This document shows positions 10,901 to 22,690 of a stretch of 64,000 bases of DNA, piece by piece. The translations under genes were made by a program, and so were the position numbers. The stretch is taken from assembly GCF_964355755.1 (NCBI RefSeq), contig NC_092678.1, positions 22,151,365 to 22,215,364 on the forward strand, read 5' to 3'. Positions within the stretch are counted from its first letter, which is position 1, and every line of letters starts with the position of its first letter. The notes below the pieces were generated by a model. The model worked only from the letters and a program-made list of their open reading frames with translations, was not told the origin of the DNA and made no database searches. The DNA comes from Antedon mediterranea (lineage: Eukaryota > Animalia > Echinodermata).

Positions 10901-13900
10901 CTGGTAAGTTAGTTTCTACCCACAAAAGTTTCTACCCATGAAACCAACGTACCTGGCCTTTAGTATTCCATGTAATCATTTAAAAAATTAGGGGGGGGGG
11001 GGGTGGTGTTGAGGGGGTGTCAGTCAATATGTTTGACTTGTGACCTGTTATTTACCCAGGTGGGTGGAGGGTCAGTCATTTTGATGATTCTGAGGAATCT
11101 TAATGACCTAGACTACTGCAATAATATCATAATTGGTTAAATTTTAAAACATGATGAAAATAAAAGTATTTTTTAAAGGGTGTAAAACGTCAGGCAGTTT
11201 GGCACAAACTCGGTGATAACATACATTTAATGAACTAGAAAGTCTCTTTCCTTTAACATTTTTTTAAAAATAAAAATGGATTGCTTTTTTCTGTAATGTT
11301 ATCTCTTAACTCATTCATATAAACATTATAAATCATTTAAATACTTGAATTAAATGTATGCATTGAAAGTGTATCACTAACGACTTATGACACAAATATC
11401 TCGTTATCATTAAACAGATACATACATTAGTAATCATTGACCAGTCTATTCTCATTATGAAGTGTGTAGTGTGTGTGTCATATACCCTATTCAGATGTGC
11501 ATCACGAAATGGTTGTAATTATCGACTTTGTGGTCAGTTGTTTTTGCGGATAAAGCATTTTTTGTGAGTAATACATAATTTACAGTAAAACACATAACAA
11601 AATTAATTTGTATAAATGCTAAAAAAAAACCGATATTAATAAATGTCTGGATTTATTTTTTGTTAAACATCAATTTATATAATTATTTTCTCCCTCTTCT
11701 ATAATTGGCAAATATTTGTTTTATAATGATAGTGCATTACCTGATGAAAATTACTATTAATATGAAGTTGAAATTATTTAAAAATGTGTTTTTAATAAGT
11801 ACAGTATTAATGTTGTTTACTGCGACGCATCCTACTTCTCTCGTCCTCAGCTGCTGTAGCGTATCATGGTACAACATAAGTCATGTTTTACCCATTCTAC
11901 TGTAAGCTGTACAATGACACACTCAGGGTCAATTGGCAATTTTTTTACCTTTTTAATCAGTTCTATAAATAGTAGTTTATGTATTTTTGCTTTTTCCTTT
12001 TGCCTAAAGCCCTGTCTACATTATCAAACTTTATTTGACAAAAAAAATGATGATGATGTGCCCATATATATGGACACGATGATGTCATACCACTACCATA
12101 TTTGGGCACATCACTACCATATTTGGGCACATCACACAGAGCTTTAATAAGTTGGATTTTATTTAAGATTAATTTATTTAGACTGTATTTATACATTGGA
12201 TATTGTGTTGTTTCAGTCGGAGGTGGTGTGTCAACTGGTCTAAATCCCCCCTTTCCAATTAAGTAAAGCACCCATACTAAGCATTTTGTCCCTTTAAAAT
12301 CAGATATGTCCTTTGCACTATACTACTAGAGTTTCCCAATCAATTGGTCTGTATTTAAAAAAATTAATAATATTGACCAAGTTTAAAATTGTATAAAGGT
12401 TATGTCAGTTTCTTTATAAGCTTTTTTTATTTGATTAATTATGGTAAAACATTTTTTAACATACTGTTGAAATTTGTTTAAAGTTTCATATTTAATGTGA
12501 AACTGGTTTTTTTCATTGCATAACATACAATGTTGTTTACTTGTTTTAAACTCATAGATAATAAAATAGGAAATACATAAGGATTTAAGCAATTTCATTT
12601 GATACATGGTATTTAAAATGACATTTTAAAATGTTTTTCAACATATTTTAAAAAGTATGAATATTAAAAAAGGAAGGAGTCACCAAATTATAAAATGTTG
12701 TTGAAATCACACAGGAACACTAGAGATGGTTTACTTTTTTGAAAAATAATTAAGTTTAAAAAAAGTCGGTTTTGATTTCATATAGTCACATGTCTTTTAA
12801 ATGTTTGTTAAATCCTCTTAGGAATACTAGATAATTTACTAAGTAATGAATAAATTAAATTCTAATAGAATTAATTCTTACTTTTGATAGAACTTTAGAG
12901 TTTTTAAAATGATTTCGGAACTACACTTTCTTTTGACTATAAAAAAATAAAATTGTTTAGAGAAAAAACTTGATGTTTTCATGTTTATTTGAAAATACAT
13001 TTCCAATATTTTGTTTTTTTGTCATTGTTTTTTAGCTATAATATTTTCTAGATGTAGTCAGTGTTCTGAACTCTCTAAACACTATCAATTTAACATTCAA
13101 ATTGTTTTGACAGAAAATTTAATTTGTTTAATATGCAGAAGTTTTATTAATAAATATTATTATTATTTACAACATGCATTATAACTAAAAAACTGTTTGA
13201 CTCCCTAAAGAAAACTTTTTTTTCTTCAAAAGTTTCTTAACATTAACAGTAAAACAATAAATACATTAATATAGTTGTGAATGCTTACTTTACAACTTAG
13301 GTTAAACAAAGTAAAGTGTTTGACTTCCTAAAAAAAACACTAACAAATACTTTAATTTAGTTGTAAATTCTTCTCTACAACTTAGGTTAAACAAAATAAA
13401 GTTTTTGAATCCCCAAAGTAAACTAGTTAGTTATCTTTTTAAATAGTTAAACGACATTCTTGTAATATACTGTAGTTGTAAATGTTGTTTACATATTTAA
13501 ACAAATTATGAATATTATTAGCTATCAAGGCTAAGACATTACTTTAAAACTCCCAGTAGAATAATAGATAATTCACTTATCTATTAACCTCTGTCTACAC
13601 TATCAAAAAAGTGTGATGTGCCCAATTATGGTAGTGCTATACCCAAATATGGTATTGATATGACATCATCATGTCCATATATGGGCACATCACATCAAAT
13701 GTGATAGTGTAGACAGAGCTTAAGAGGTGGGTAGACTCATATCAGTGAATGTAACATGTTGTAGATTATGTAAGGATGTTGAGTGAGTGAGTGAGTGAGT
13801 GGCCGAGCGGTTAAGACAGTGGAACCGTAATTACGTAGCCATAACATCGGCAAGGGTTCGAGGCTCACTCACTCCATGGTTCTGGTGGTAGAACGAGTCT

Positions 13901-16900
13901 TCTCGGATAAGGACTATAAACCGTAGGTCCAGTGTACACATCTAGCTCGTGTGCACTTTAAAGAACCTAGTACATCTTTCGAGACGAGTAGGGGGTTACC
14001 CCGGTGTATTAGTACATCACAGCCACTGATCACCAACTGGGCCCTCTGGGAGACCAGTCTTTGACTGAAGAGGTTACCCAGTATAAATATAAATTTCAAT
14101 TCAATGTTGAGGGTTTAAGATCTCTGCATCGTTAATTATTGAACATTTGTTGTTGATTTTGTTTCCATTCTTTCTGATAACTTATCTTGAGACTCACGTT
14201 GATGCAATTTGAAATTGTGTTAGTTTTAGTTGACTGTGGATAATATCTTTATATCCAGGTAATAAATTGTATTGCAGTAATCACTGTATAAACACTCCTC
14301 CACTCAATCCGGATAAACATATAAACTTATAAAATAATCTGTCTACTGTACTTTTAAACTGATACAAAAAATGATGCAAAGCAGGAGTGAACCTAAGACT
14401 CTGAATGTGACAAACAACCAAACAGACTTGTCCCAGGCTACCGTTTTATTGTTATTTGATACAATAAATTAAATTTAAAAAAATGTTAAGAGTTTCGAAA
14501 GGGACATTGATAAAGCTGACAAGCTTATGTGTTACTTTCATTTTGATTTCGTGTTATCTTTCTAAATCAAACATGAATTGATAGTTATCTATTTTAAAAT
14601 TAAATTGCTTGTAATACTGTACTTATATTTACCACTTGTGTATAGTCTAGGTGTACTGTATTTGATTTTATAATCTTTCAATATAAATATGTATTAAAAC
14701 TTTGCTCTTTTAAAGATGTATTGTCCTCCAAAAACAAAAACTTTGAATATTTTATTTTGTAGTTTTAAAAAAGTTAATCACTTCCATAGAAAAAGAAAGG
14801 AAAAAAATCCTGTTTTCGCTTATAAAATGACAAAATAAATGGTTAAATTCAACCAAAAATCCATTGGCTGGCAGCCAATTTGACAATTTATTGCTTTAAA
14901 TTACATTTTTTTCAAGTAAATACATTTTTTTTCGATCCAATTTTTGGTCAAAGTGGATAACTATTATGTTACATTAAAATGGAATATACAACAAGAAATG
15001 TTAAATTATTTTCAGGGGGACAATACATCTTTAATGGAAAGGTACAGTAACTTTAAATCGGCAATTTACTTTATTATCATATTCTGCACAAATATTTCTC
15101 AAAATTGTTTAAACCACTGAATGCTTATCAAGTATTAACATAAATATTAGACACATATTATTTATCATCCTTTTTTTCATTCAATTTTCATCAAGTATTT
15201 TTTATTTCTGAATCAAAGGCGATTATCATCACACCACATAAAATTGTCAATCATTTAGATTTATTCGTTTTTTCACGTTATATCACTGTCATTCTTTATT
15301 ATATATATTATTCATATTTCCAAATAAGAAATATCAGACTGTATTAATTTATTACGTTTGTCAGTCATTTAATATTTTTGAATGCTTGAACTATTCTATC
15401 AGACATTAATCACATCAGAGTACATTTACCTCGCTATTTTTCGTGACTCCACATCAAAAAATGCCACTTCATAATGAATTATTTTTATCTTCTTTCCAAA
15501 TCAGTAACATATCTCTAGTTCCCAAATTATCAGTGTCAGAAATCAGAACTAAACACTTATAGTTATTAAAACTTCCAGATGTACATACAGTATCTTTTTT
15601 AATCACTGCAATGTTTATCATACATTTGCAAACATTGCTGAAAGTCACCCTAACATTTATCATTTCCAAATCCAAATTTAACACTTCCATTTTATCGCCG
15701 TTCCAAATTAATCCCTTTTCGACACCAAATGTTTATTATCAAATTCAGAAATTTATTCCAAGTCACTCATTGTGCAGTATTTTGAGGTACCCACACTTTT
15801 TTTTAGCGAATTCAGAAGTCTACTTCAATTAATATTCATTATTTATCAAAAGACCAAATCAGAAACATGTAGTATATGTCACTTTTCTGATTCTGAATTT
15901 TGATTTTTATCTCATTGTATGTGCTAATGCCAATAAAAAGTACCCCTTGATTCCATAAATGTCACATTTGTAAACCTCTACTGCTTTCATTATTAAAATA
16001 AGTACAAAGTTTACACTCTTTACCAGTTTAATCTAGATAAACTAAGGGACAACTCTTAAATCTTAGAGCCAGAGTTAAATCTAGGAGACAAAGTTAATTC
16101 AGGAGACAAAATTTAAGAAGAAAGTATTTTATTAAATTGTTAAGAAGGGAATTGAAATTAAGAGTTCCAGAGCTGGCGATCTTAACTTCAGCAACCATCT
16201 GATATTTTTCAGCAACTGATGAATCAACCAATGGGATTGGATCTAGCAATAACGATAATCAGCAGTTTGGAAAACATCAGTTCCAATATCTTCTTACCCA
16301 AGTTTTTAAGTTTTCTTAGCAACTTTTCTTATATTCTTTCATATCATACTTTGAAGAAAAACCCCTTGATCGAAGCCTGTGACAAGGTGGATGTTTGTCA
16401 TCATGAAGGTATAAAAAAGGTTCATTTTAAGACCCTGGTCATAATTGGTTTGTAATGAAGTAAATCGGTACTGAATTAAATACCTCTCAGGAAGTATCAG
16501 CGCTTGTCCATTGTGCATGAATAATTCTAAAATTTAAATCAAATTAGTTTTAAAAATGGTAAAGTTCCAAAAAAACATTGATACACAACGAGATAGGAGT
16601 ACCTGGCAGAGTTATTTTGGTTAACCTTGCCCTGCGAAAACTAGCAAATTTGGCATTAAATCAAGTTTTCAAAAAAAGATAGCTAAAGCTCTGTCTACAC
16701 TATCAAACTACAAAAAAGTATGATGCACCCAAATATGGTAGTGATATCTACAAATATGTTTAGTGATATGACATCAACATGTCCATAGATGGGCATATCA
16801 CATTTTTTGTTTCATAAAGTTTGATAGTGTAGACAAAGCATTAAGATTGGTCTGTTTTGATTGACAAGTCAGTTTTAAGAGTGACAGTTAAAAATATCTT

Positions 16901-17480
16901 TTACAATAAATGTCAACGGAACACAATATTTTTTTTAGCTGAATGTGGAAAATAGAAAGTTCTTCAAAGAATTATCAAAATCTGATTTCAGTTGTAAAAG
17001 TTTTTTTTTCTCTTTTATTTTAAATTTTTTTTTTTTAGAAACATTTCATTGGTAGAAGTAAATTAAGTATACAGTAGCTACTGTATGATTGACGGTTGTA
17101 ATTCAGTGTCAGTTACTAGTAATTTGGGAGAATTAATGAAACGTCCTTTAGTTTTCCTAGCTTTACTTTCATTTAAAAGTCCATTTCCGGTCAAAATGTT
17201 GAATGTGAATAAATCTAATTTTAAATCAAATTTTCGAATGTATTACTGTTGTTTTGTTAAAAATAGAATTACATTGTTGATATTAGAGTTCTCTCAGAAC
17301 CTTGATTTGTAAATTGTTTTGTAAACCTTTGCAGGCTAGTGTTTTAATTAAATGCTATACCTCGCTGTGACAATATTGACAGTGTTTATATGTATATGTA
17401 TATTTGTTCTTTCAGAAGACCAGAAGGCATCAGAGGAGTCTTTGAATGGCACTCTTGACAGTTCCATGGACATTTCTTGA
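4997..17480 (+). CDS. THOC7: THO complex subunit 7 (TREX/THO mRNA export), 7 coding exons, 204 aa
   Basis: join(4997-5015,5459-5579,5933-6060,6436-6580,6820-6886,7845-7914,17416-17480) = 615 nt, all GT-AG, phases consistent. Translation MAAITDDEVICKRLLIEGESGGDDRRISTLLKMFIKWC...YQKMLSTLAQIEFTM...AKRVRRNRQEYDALAKVIQKQPDR...LENRQKQFHVL...SSMDIS* matches THOC7 hallmarks (DEVIxKRLLI, GDDRR, RxNRQEYDALAKVI, KQFHVL). The last exon is the least certain. Confidence 0.95.
5459..5579 (+). CDS. THOC7: THOC7 exon 2
   Basis: ttcag|AC GAA GTG...; DEVICKRLLIEGESGGDDRRISTLLKMFIKWCTTDLNEEE; donor gtaata. Confidence 0.95.
5762..5892. mobile_element. MITE family A, truncated
   Basis: left TIR plus three 21-bp units. 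Confidence 0.75.
5933..6060 (+). CDS. THOC7: THOC7 exon 3
   Basis: SSTYQKMLSTLAQIEFTMEKTHLIHDMNIKEMASYEQIYSNI; tandem TAGTAG acceptor; donor gtaaat. Confidence 0.93.
6436..6580 (+). CDS. THOC7: THOC7 exon 4
   Basis: ESEMEEAKDAISTSKEELKKAKRVRRNRQEYDALAKVIQKQPDRKDTMK; ttccag acceptor, gtgagt donor. Confidence 0.95.
6820..6886 (+). CDS. THOC7: THOC7 exon 5
   Basis: KLKDLDDNLKALDETKISLEEK; tatag / gtatga. Confidence 0.9.
7845..7914 (+). CDS. THOC7: THOC7 exon 6
   Basis: LENRQKQFHVLINSVLELQRILE; poly-T + aag acceptor, gtaagg donor. Confidence 0.92.
8732..8879. mobile_element. MITE family A
   Basis: both TIRs, TAA TSD. Confidence 0.85.
9530..9685. mobile_element. MITE family D (tactgcagttactgcagta subterminal palindromes); relatives at about 47938-48110 and 50828-51170
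   Basis: atgtcaa..tactgca.ttactgcagtaact at one end, inverted at the other. Confidence 0.55.
9771..9896. mobile_element. MITE family A
   Basis: left TIR, internal units, deleted right TIR. Confidence 0.8.
12008..12143. mobile_element. MITE family A
   Basis: TIR and internal units. Confidence 0.8.
13587..13720. mobile_element. MITE family A
   Basis: both TIRs. Confidence 0.82.
13784..14103 (+). mobile_element. tRNA-derived SINE with Deu/Nin-type central domain
   Basis: A box tggccgagcgg, B box ggttcgaggct, acceptor-like gagtgag/ctcactc pairing; core ggataaggactataaaccgtaggtcc...ttaaagaacc...gagtagggggttaccccggtgt resembles the Deu/Nin SINE domain; TSD atgttgag (13776-13783, 14104-14111). 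Confidence 0.85.
14714..15030. mobile_element. Kolobok-like non-autonomous element
   Basis: TTAA TSD; TIR agatgtattgtcc / ggacaatacatct. Confidence 0.78.
16687..16840. mobile_element. MITE family A
   Basis: both TIRs. Confidence 0.82.
17416..17480 (+). CDS. THOC7: THOC7 terminal coding exon 7
   Basis: ttgttctttcag acceptor, phase 1, EDQKASEESLNGTLDSSMDIS*; acidic tail ending in MDxS resembles THOC7 C-termini. Confidence 0.8.
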
Positions 17481-19189
17481 AGTTGAGAGATTCCTTCTGT
17501 ATTGTGGAAAAACAGTAATTTTTAAAAATTATCCACAGTTAAAGTTGCAACATCCGCGCTTAATTTATTGTCTTTTGCAGGGATGAAACTTCATCCCATT
17601 TGGCACACAATATGTTATTGTTTGTATTGTTTGTGTTTCACTGCACTACAACACAAAGAATGTCATTATAATATGCAATTACTGGTTAATTTTCATGCTG
17701 TAGCGTGCTGTGTGATTTTTCACATAGCACCAGATACATAAAACCATAACTCTTGAACGAAAAGTAGAGCTTGCTCTCCAGTCACCGTCATCGAAGAACT
17801 CTGTGATGAATATGTTCCGAAAGGCTGGAGCTGGAGATTCTTGGAATTTCAAAACATTACAGTACAAAGAAAGTATTCGTTTTCAAATATATCCTTACGA
17901 TGAATGACTGAAAAAGCGTCTGGCGTCTCTCAAACCTAAATCGTTGTAAAGAAGAATTTTTATAATATATTTGCAGACTTTGAAAAAACAACATGGAAGA
18001 GTGAGCACTCTTTCTTGATAGGAGCAGCTAGTTAAAAAAAAAAGTTAGGACAGCTGTAAGGTCTTTTTTGCAAATAAAAAAAAAACTGTTTTGTAACATG
18101 CATTAGCGATTATAGTACATATTATTTTTAACTACAGGATTAAGATCGAATGAAGAAAATTCAAAATACCTAAGTACCAAGTTTGACAGGAATGGATAGG
18201 AGAGGTATTTTTAAACGCGTCGTCGGTTTGTGACTCATATGTGAGTCTGTTTTCCATCGAATCAACTAAAACATAAATGATAACGAAAAGTCGCTTATAG
18301 AGATCCTTTTATCTGATATTGACTAGCACAATCTATTTATTTTAAGATGGAATGTGTTTCCTTGCTGGCGTTGCAACTGACGATAACTACTCAAGAAATG
18401 ATGTATTTTACACACAGAAAATGTATTTTTTTACGGAGGTGCCTGCTACGTTTTTAATCGTGTGGTTTGAGAAAAAAAAGGATAAATATGTAAAATATTT
18501 AAACATACCTGCTTTTGAATTTAAGCAGGAAAGAATGACAGTATGAATGATTGTACAGGAAATAAAAAAAAAACCAGTAATATTTCCTTGGGCGGTTGTA
18601 GGCGTGTAAATCGTTGTCACTTTTTAATAAATATCTGTTATTTGTTTTGCAGCGATAACAAACTTGTAAATTGTCTAAGCGTTAATTATGTGTTCGAGCG
18701 GCCAGAGGCGTTATTTTTATCCTTAGCTAAACTTCACATGTTGTTTTTAATCCTGTTATTTGAAAAAGGAAATGTATAATCATAATTTTTAACATAGGCA
18801 AGATTAGTTTTCAGTACCTTTGGCGTCCAAATGTACCAGTGTATATCGTTTACAGTTTGTCTGATAGTTGACGGGTTATGAAGAAAAAATGGGTTCGTCT
18901 AATAGTTACATAATCGGGCTGTTTTGTCCAAAAAAAAACATTGACACGTTCTGTATTATGAAACCCTTGTGTAAGAATCCCAATGGACTTGACCCTAAAG
19001 TCATTACCCTAGACTCATGTTTTTGTGACACCTCACTTATACACTCGGTAATCGGGTAATGCTCCAAACCCCAACATAACAGTACGGTACTAGTTCTTGT
19101 CAAGACAATTAGTAACTCTGGATTTATTCACTAACCATTTTAAGTTTGCACATAGTTGTTGACCTTACTTCACCCTCTTCCCTTCATTT

Positions 19190-19720
19190 CCTCCTAGTTC
19201 TTACTCCCTTCTCCTTCTTTTCCTTTCCTCCTTCTAGTTCTTTCTTACTTCTCCTTTTAGTTCTTTCTCACTTCTCTTCCTTTAGTTCTTTCTCACTTCT
19301 CCTTCTTCTAGTTCTCTCTTATTTCTCCTTCTAGTTCTTTCTCACTTCTCTTCCTTTAGTTCTTTCTCACTTCTCCTCCTTCTAGTTCTTTCTTATTTCT
19401 CCTTCTAGTTCTTTCTCACTTCTCTTCCTTTAGTTCTTTCTCACTTCTCCTCCTTCTAGTTCTTTCTTATTTCTCCTTCTAGTTCTTTCTTATTTCTCCT
19501 CCTAGTTCGTTCTCACTTCTCCTCCTTCTAGTTCTTTCTTATTTCTCCTTCTTCTAGTTCTTTCTTATTTCTCCTCCTTCTAGTTCTTTCTCACTTCTCC
19601 TCCTTCTAGTTCTATCTCACTTCTCCTCTTTCTAGTTCTTTTTCATTTCTCCTTCTAGTTCTTTCTTATTTCTCCTTCTAGTTCTTTCTCACTTCTCCTT
19701 CTAGTTATATCTCCTCCTTT
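19190..19720. repeat. Pyrimidine-rich minisatellite (units of about 22-25 bp, cttctagttctttctcacttctc)
   Basis: direct inspection. Confidence 0.9.
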
Positions 19721-20250
19721 CTCCACCCCTGCCCTCCTCTTTCCTGCATTAGATCTCAATATTCGGCAGGCATAGTGTAGAATCAATACATCGGTAATGT
19801 TGACATACAGTAGTCGGAGATTATTACGCTGTTGTCTTGTTGGTGTCGAATTTCGCAGCAAGCATATACTCTCGCCGTACATAAAAAAAATAGTCCGTAA
19901 AACTATTAACATAAATTGTATAAATTTCGTACGTCGTCACCACCTTTGGCTATACATTTTATTTTAATTATATAACTCTTTATATATCCGTTACATCCTA
20001 AACCGTGTAATCTCAAATGAGTCTTGTCTTTTTATCGGTTGATGAACTGGTTATGATTCACACATAAAAGTCAGCAATAAATACCAACAGAAGTTAGATA
20101 AAAAGTGTCAACATCTTACTGTATAAATTGTAACGATAAAATGCACAAGAGTTTGCATTTTTCATTAGGTGATCCTCAATAGATGGATCACTTGTTGTGA
20201 TGGTTATATTGCTATTCATATAACTGTTATACCTGTGAGCTGTTGCTTAA

Positions 20251-20374
20251 AGCTCTGTCTACACTATCAAAGTTTGTGACAAAAAATGGGATGTGCCCAA
20301 ATATGGTAGTGATATGATTTCATCGTATCCATATATGGGCACATCCAATAAAGTTTGATAGTCTAGACAGAGCA
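20251..20374. mobile_element. MITE family A
   Basis: both TIRs. Confidence 0.82.
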
Positions 20375-21079
20375 TTAGGAAGAAGTTTGTTCTTCTTTTG
20401 TGATCTTTTGGATGTGTGTGCGTAGTAGAAACATACATTTTTATTGATTCTATTTTATTTTGTTATAAAGTTAAAAAAAAAAAAGTTTAAGGTTTGTGGG
20501 GATTTTTTGTTTTTGTGTTGTTTTTTTTTTGGCATTATTGCTTTGTTTACAGTTTTTTTTATATTATAGTATCGGCATACATTCATCTTATAATATTTCC
20601 TAATAAGTATTACTGTTACTCTGTTTAAAGATTAGTAGGTCAATACTGGATTAGCTTCACATGGTCACTCTTGCCGTTTCCTTTAATATCAGGCCTAATT
20701 GCTTATGGTCACGGTCAGAACATCGGCAGCAGGCGTCACCATCTAATATTGCTAATTATTTTTACCGTGGAAAAATTATTTTAGATTATACCTTCTTAAT
20801 TATAACTTGAACTGGCAAGTACACTAGTAGAAATCGAGGAAACACGTGTTACTACTTGAATTAATTTGCACACAGTACCAGGTAAAATTGACGCGACCCG
20901 GGGACGCGAAGAATAATAAACATTTCGCGACCCGGGCGCGTGTGTTGATAACTGAATAGGTATTTAGTTTCTCGCGGTGATATTTAAATAAAGGCGTTGA
21001 GCGGTTTTTGTCGGATTCGATTAAGAGATACTTCATGGTGGTGACGTTTTAATTAATCACTTACTAATAAGTATCTTAC

Positions 21080-21750
21080 CTTTTTAGTTTCAGTTTTTAT
21101 GTTCCCTTTATAGTCATGTATACCGTGATGTTTGATTTTAGATAATTCATTCATGCTTCCTATTCCCATACACTTGAAGTAGAAGAATCCGTATGATCGA
21201 ATACTCGGGTAATCAAAACAGTTTAAATATTTAATATTAAGTATGCTGTTAGTTTTGTGATTATTACTTATAGCCTAGAACCTTTTTTAAAGATAAAAAA
21301 TGCCTTTAGCCTCAATATCCGAGATCGCTTTTTTCATCCTCGCTTTTTTCAAATTCAAATTCAAATTCAAATTCTCATTTTCTTGCTCGTCACAAGATGT
21401 TTCCATTTCCTTTCACGTATTTGGAATTAAATTTTATGTAATTAATATTCTACGAAACGGATAAAAAAAGAATATTTGGATTACTATTGTGGATGGATCG
21501 TATCAAATTAGTGACTTTGTTTATGTTTGATATTATTGAATACTCATTGTATTTAGTACCATGAGGTACATTGCACGTATAGATCTGTTCGTCCTTTGAT
21601 ATATAAACTTTAAGTCCATGTTCCATCAACGTTCGATGATTCACAGAAGATATTAAGTTATATTCGTTTTGAAACCATAACTGCCTAACTGGAAATTAAA
21701 TACGGCAGGAAACAGTCCCAAAACCATGATTAAAAATGCGATAACCATTT
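21080..21750 (-). pseudogene. Possible decayed coding sequence of unknown identity
   Basis: successive long minus-strand open stretches broken by isolated stops and shifts, ending at donor AAG|gtaaga. Confidence 0.25.
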
Positions 21751-22389
21751 CAGAAAATGTTTATAAAATCCTATAAGAAAAGTGCCGACGTAATGCTACC
21801 TACGCGCTTATCTGCTTCGGTTATCGATCGGTAGCTTTCGGTACTTAGCGTATCTTTAATAGTTGTTGTTTTTATGTAATTTAACGGTTTTCATTCCCCC
21901 GTGATAGTCACATTGAAAAGAAAGTTGTCCTCTGAAGGGATTCATCAGGGAGAGTTTGGGAAGTAGTGGGAAATAAGTGTAATTGATTGGAAACGAATTA
22001 GGATTGCAACGGGAAAGCTTTTGATAATCAACAAAATACAGACCAAAATGTATTTATACAAATCATCTAGAAATCCACAAAATAACGATCTGTTTTGTTT
22101 GCTTGTCAAGTGTTCATTCTACGATCTTGTCTGGTGCATCCATGATATTTTTTTTAAACCTTGACTATAGGATACATATATCACAACATAGTTGATCATA
22201 TTTTAAAAGACGAATTAAATTATGTATAAAATATATACAGTTATATATTTACTTTATCATTTCCACATCCCATGTGGATGTCTGTATATAAATGATTCGT
22301 GGAACAGATTAAAATTCCCGAGGAGAGCCAAATGGAACGATGTTGACAAATGTAGCAACTGTTCAGAATGCACTCGAGCGTTCACACTT

Positions 22390-22690
22390 GGGAATGTGCA
22401 TCTGGGTCGTGGTGAATGTTTAATCCCAATTCAAGATGAGGAATTTTAATTTTCTTCAGTTTTTTCAACGATCTCGAGCGGGTAGCTAAACGGTATACAT
22501 TAGCCCGCCCTCTTTATGTTATATTTTCTATATGAATGTGTAACTTGGATCGTCGTGAATGTTTATTCCCAATTTAAGATGAGAAATCCTGCGTTCAATT
22601 CCCTCAAGTTTCGTCAATTATCTCGAGCGGGTATAGCTAAACCGTATACATCAGCCCGCCCTCTTTATGTTATGTTTCCATGGGAATAGT
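22390..22690. repeat. About 150-bp diverged tandem duplication; shorter relative at about 62960-63006
   Basis: tctcgagcgggt(at)agctaaac.gtatacat.agcccgccctctttatgtta occurs twice. Confidence 0.8.

Noticed and set aside
13790-13876. Functional tRNA gene
   Set aside because: The anticodon arm is not canonical, and the sequence continues into a SINE body bounded by a TSD.
21890-21956. Minus-strand hammerhead ribozyme (CUGAUGA-aucc...ggac-aac)
   Set aside because: It lacks the GAAA core and a stem III/NUH site.
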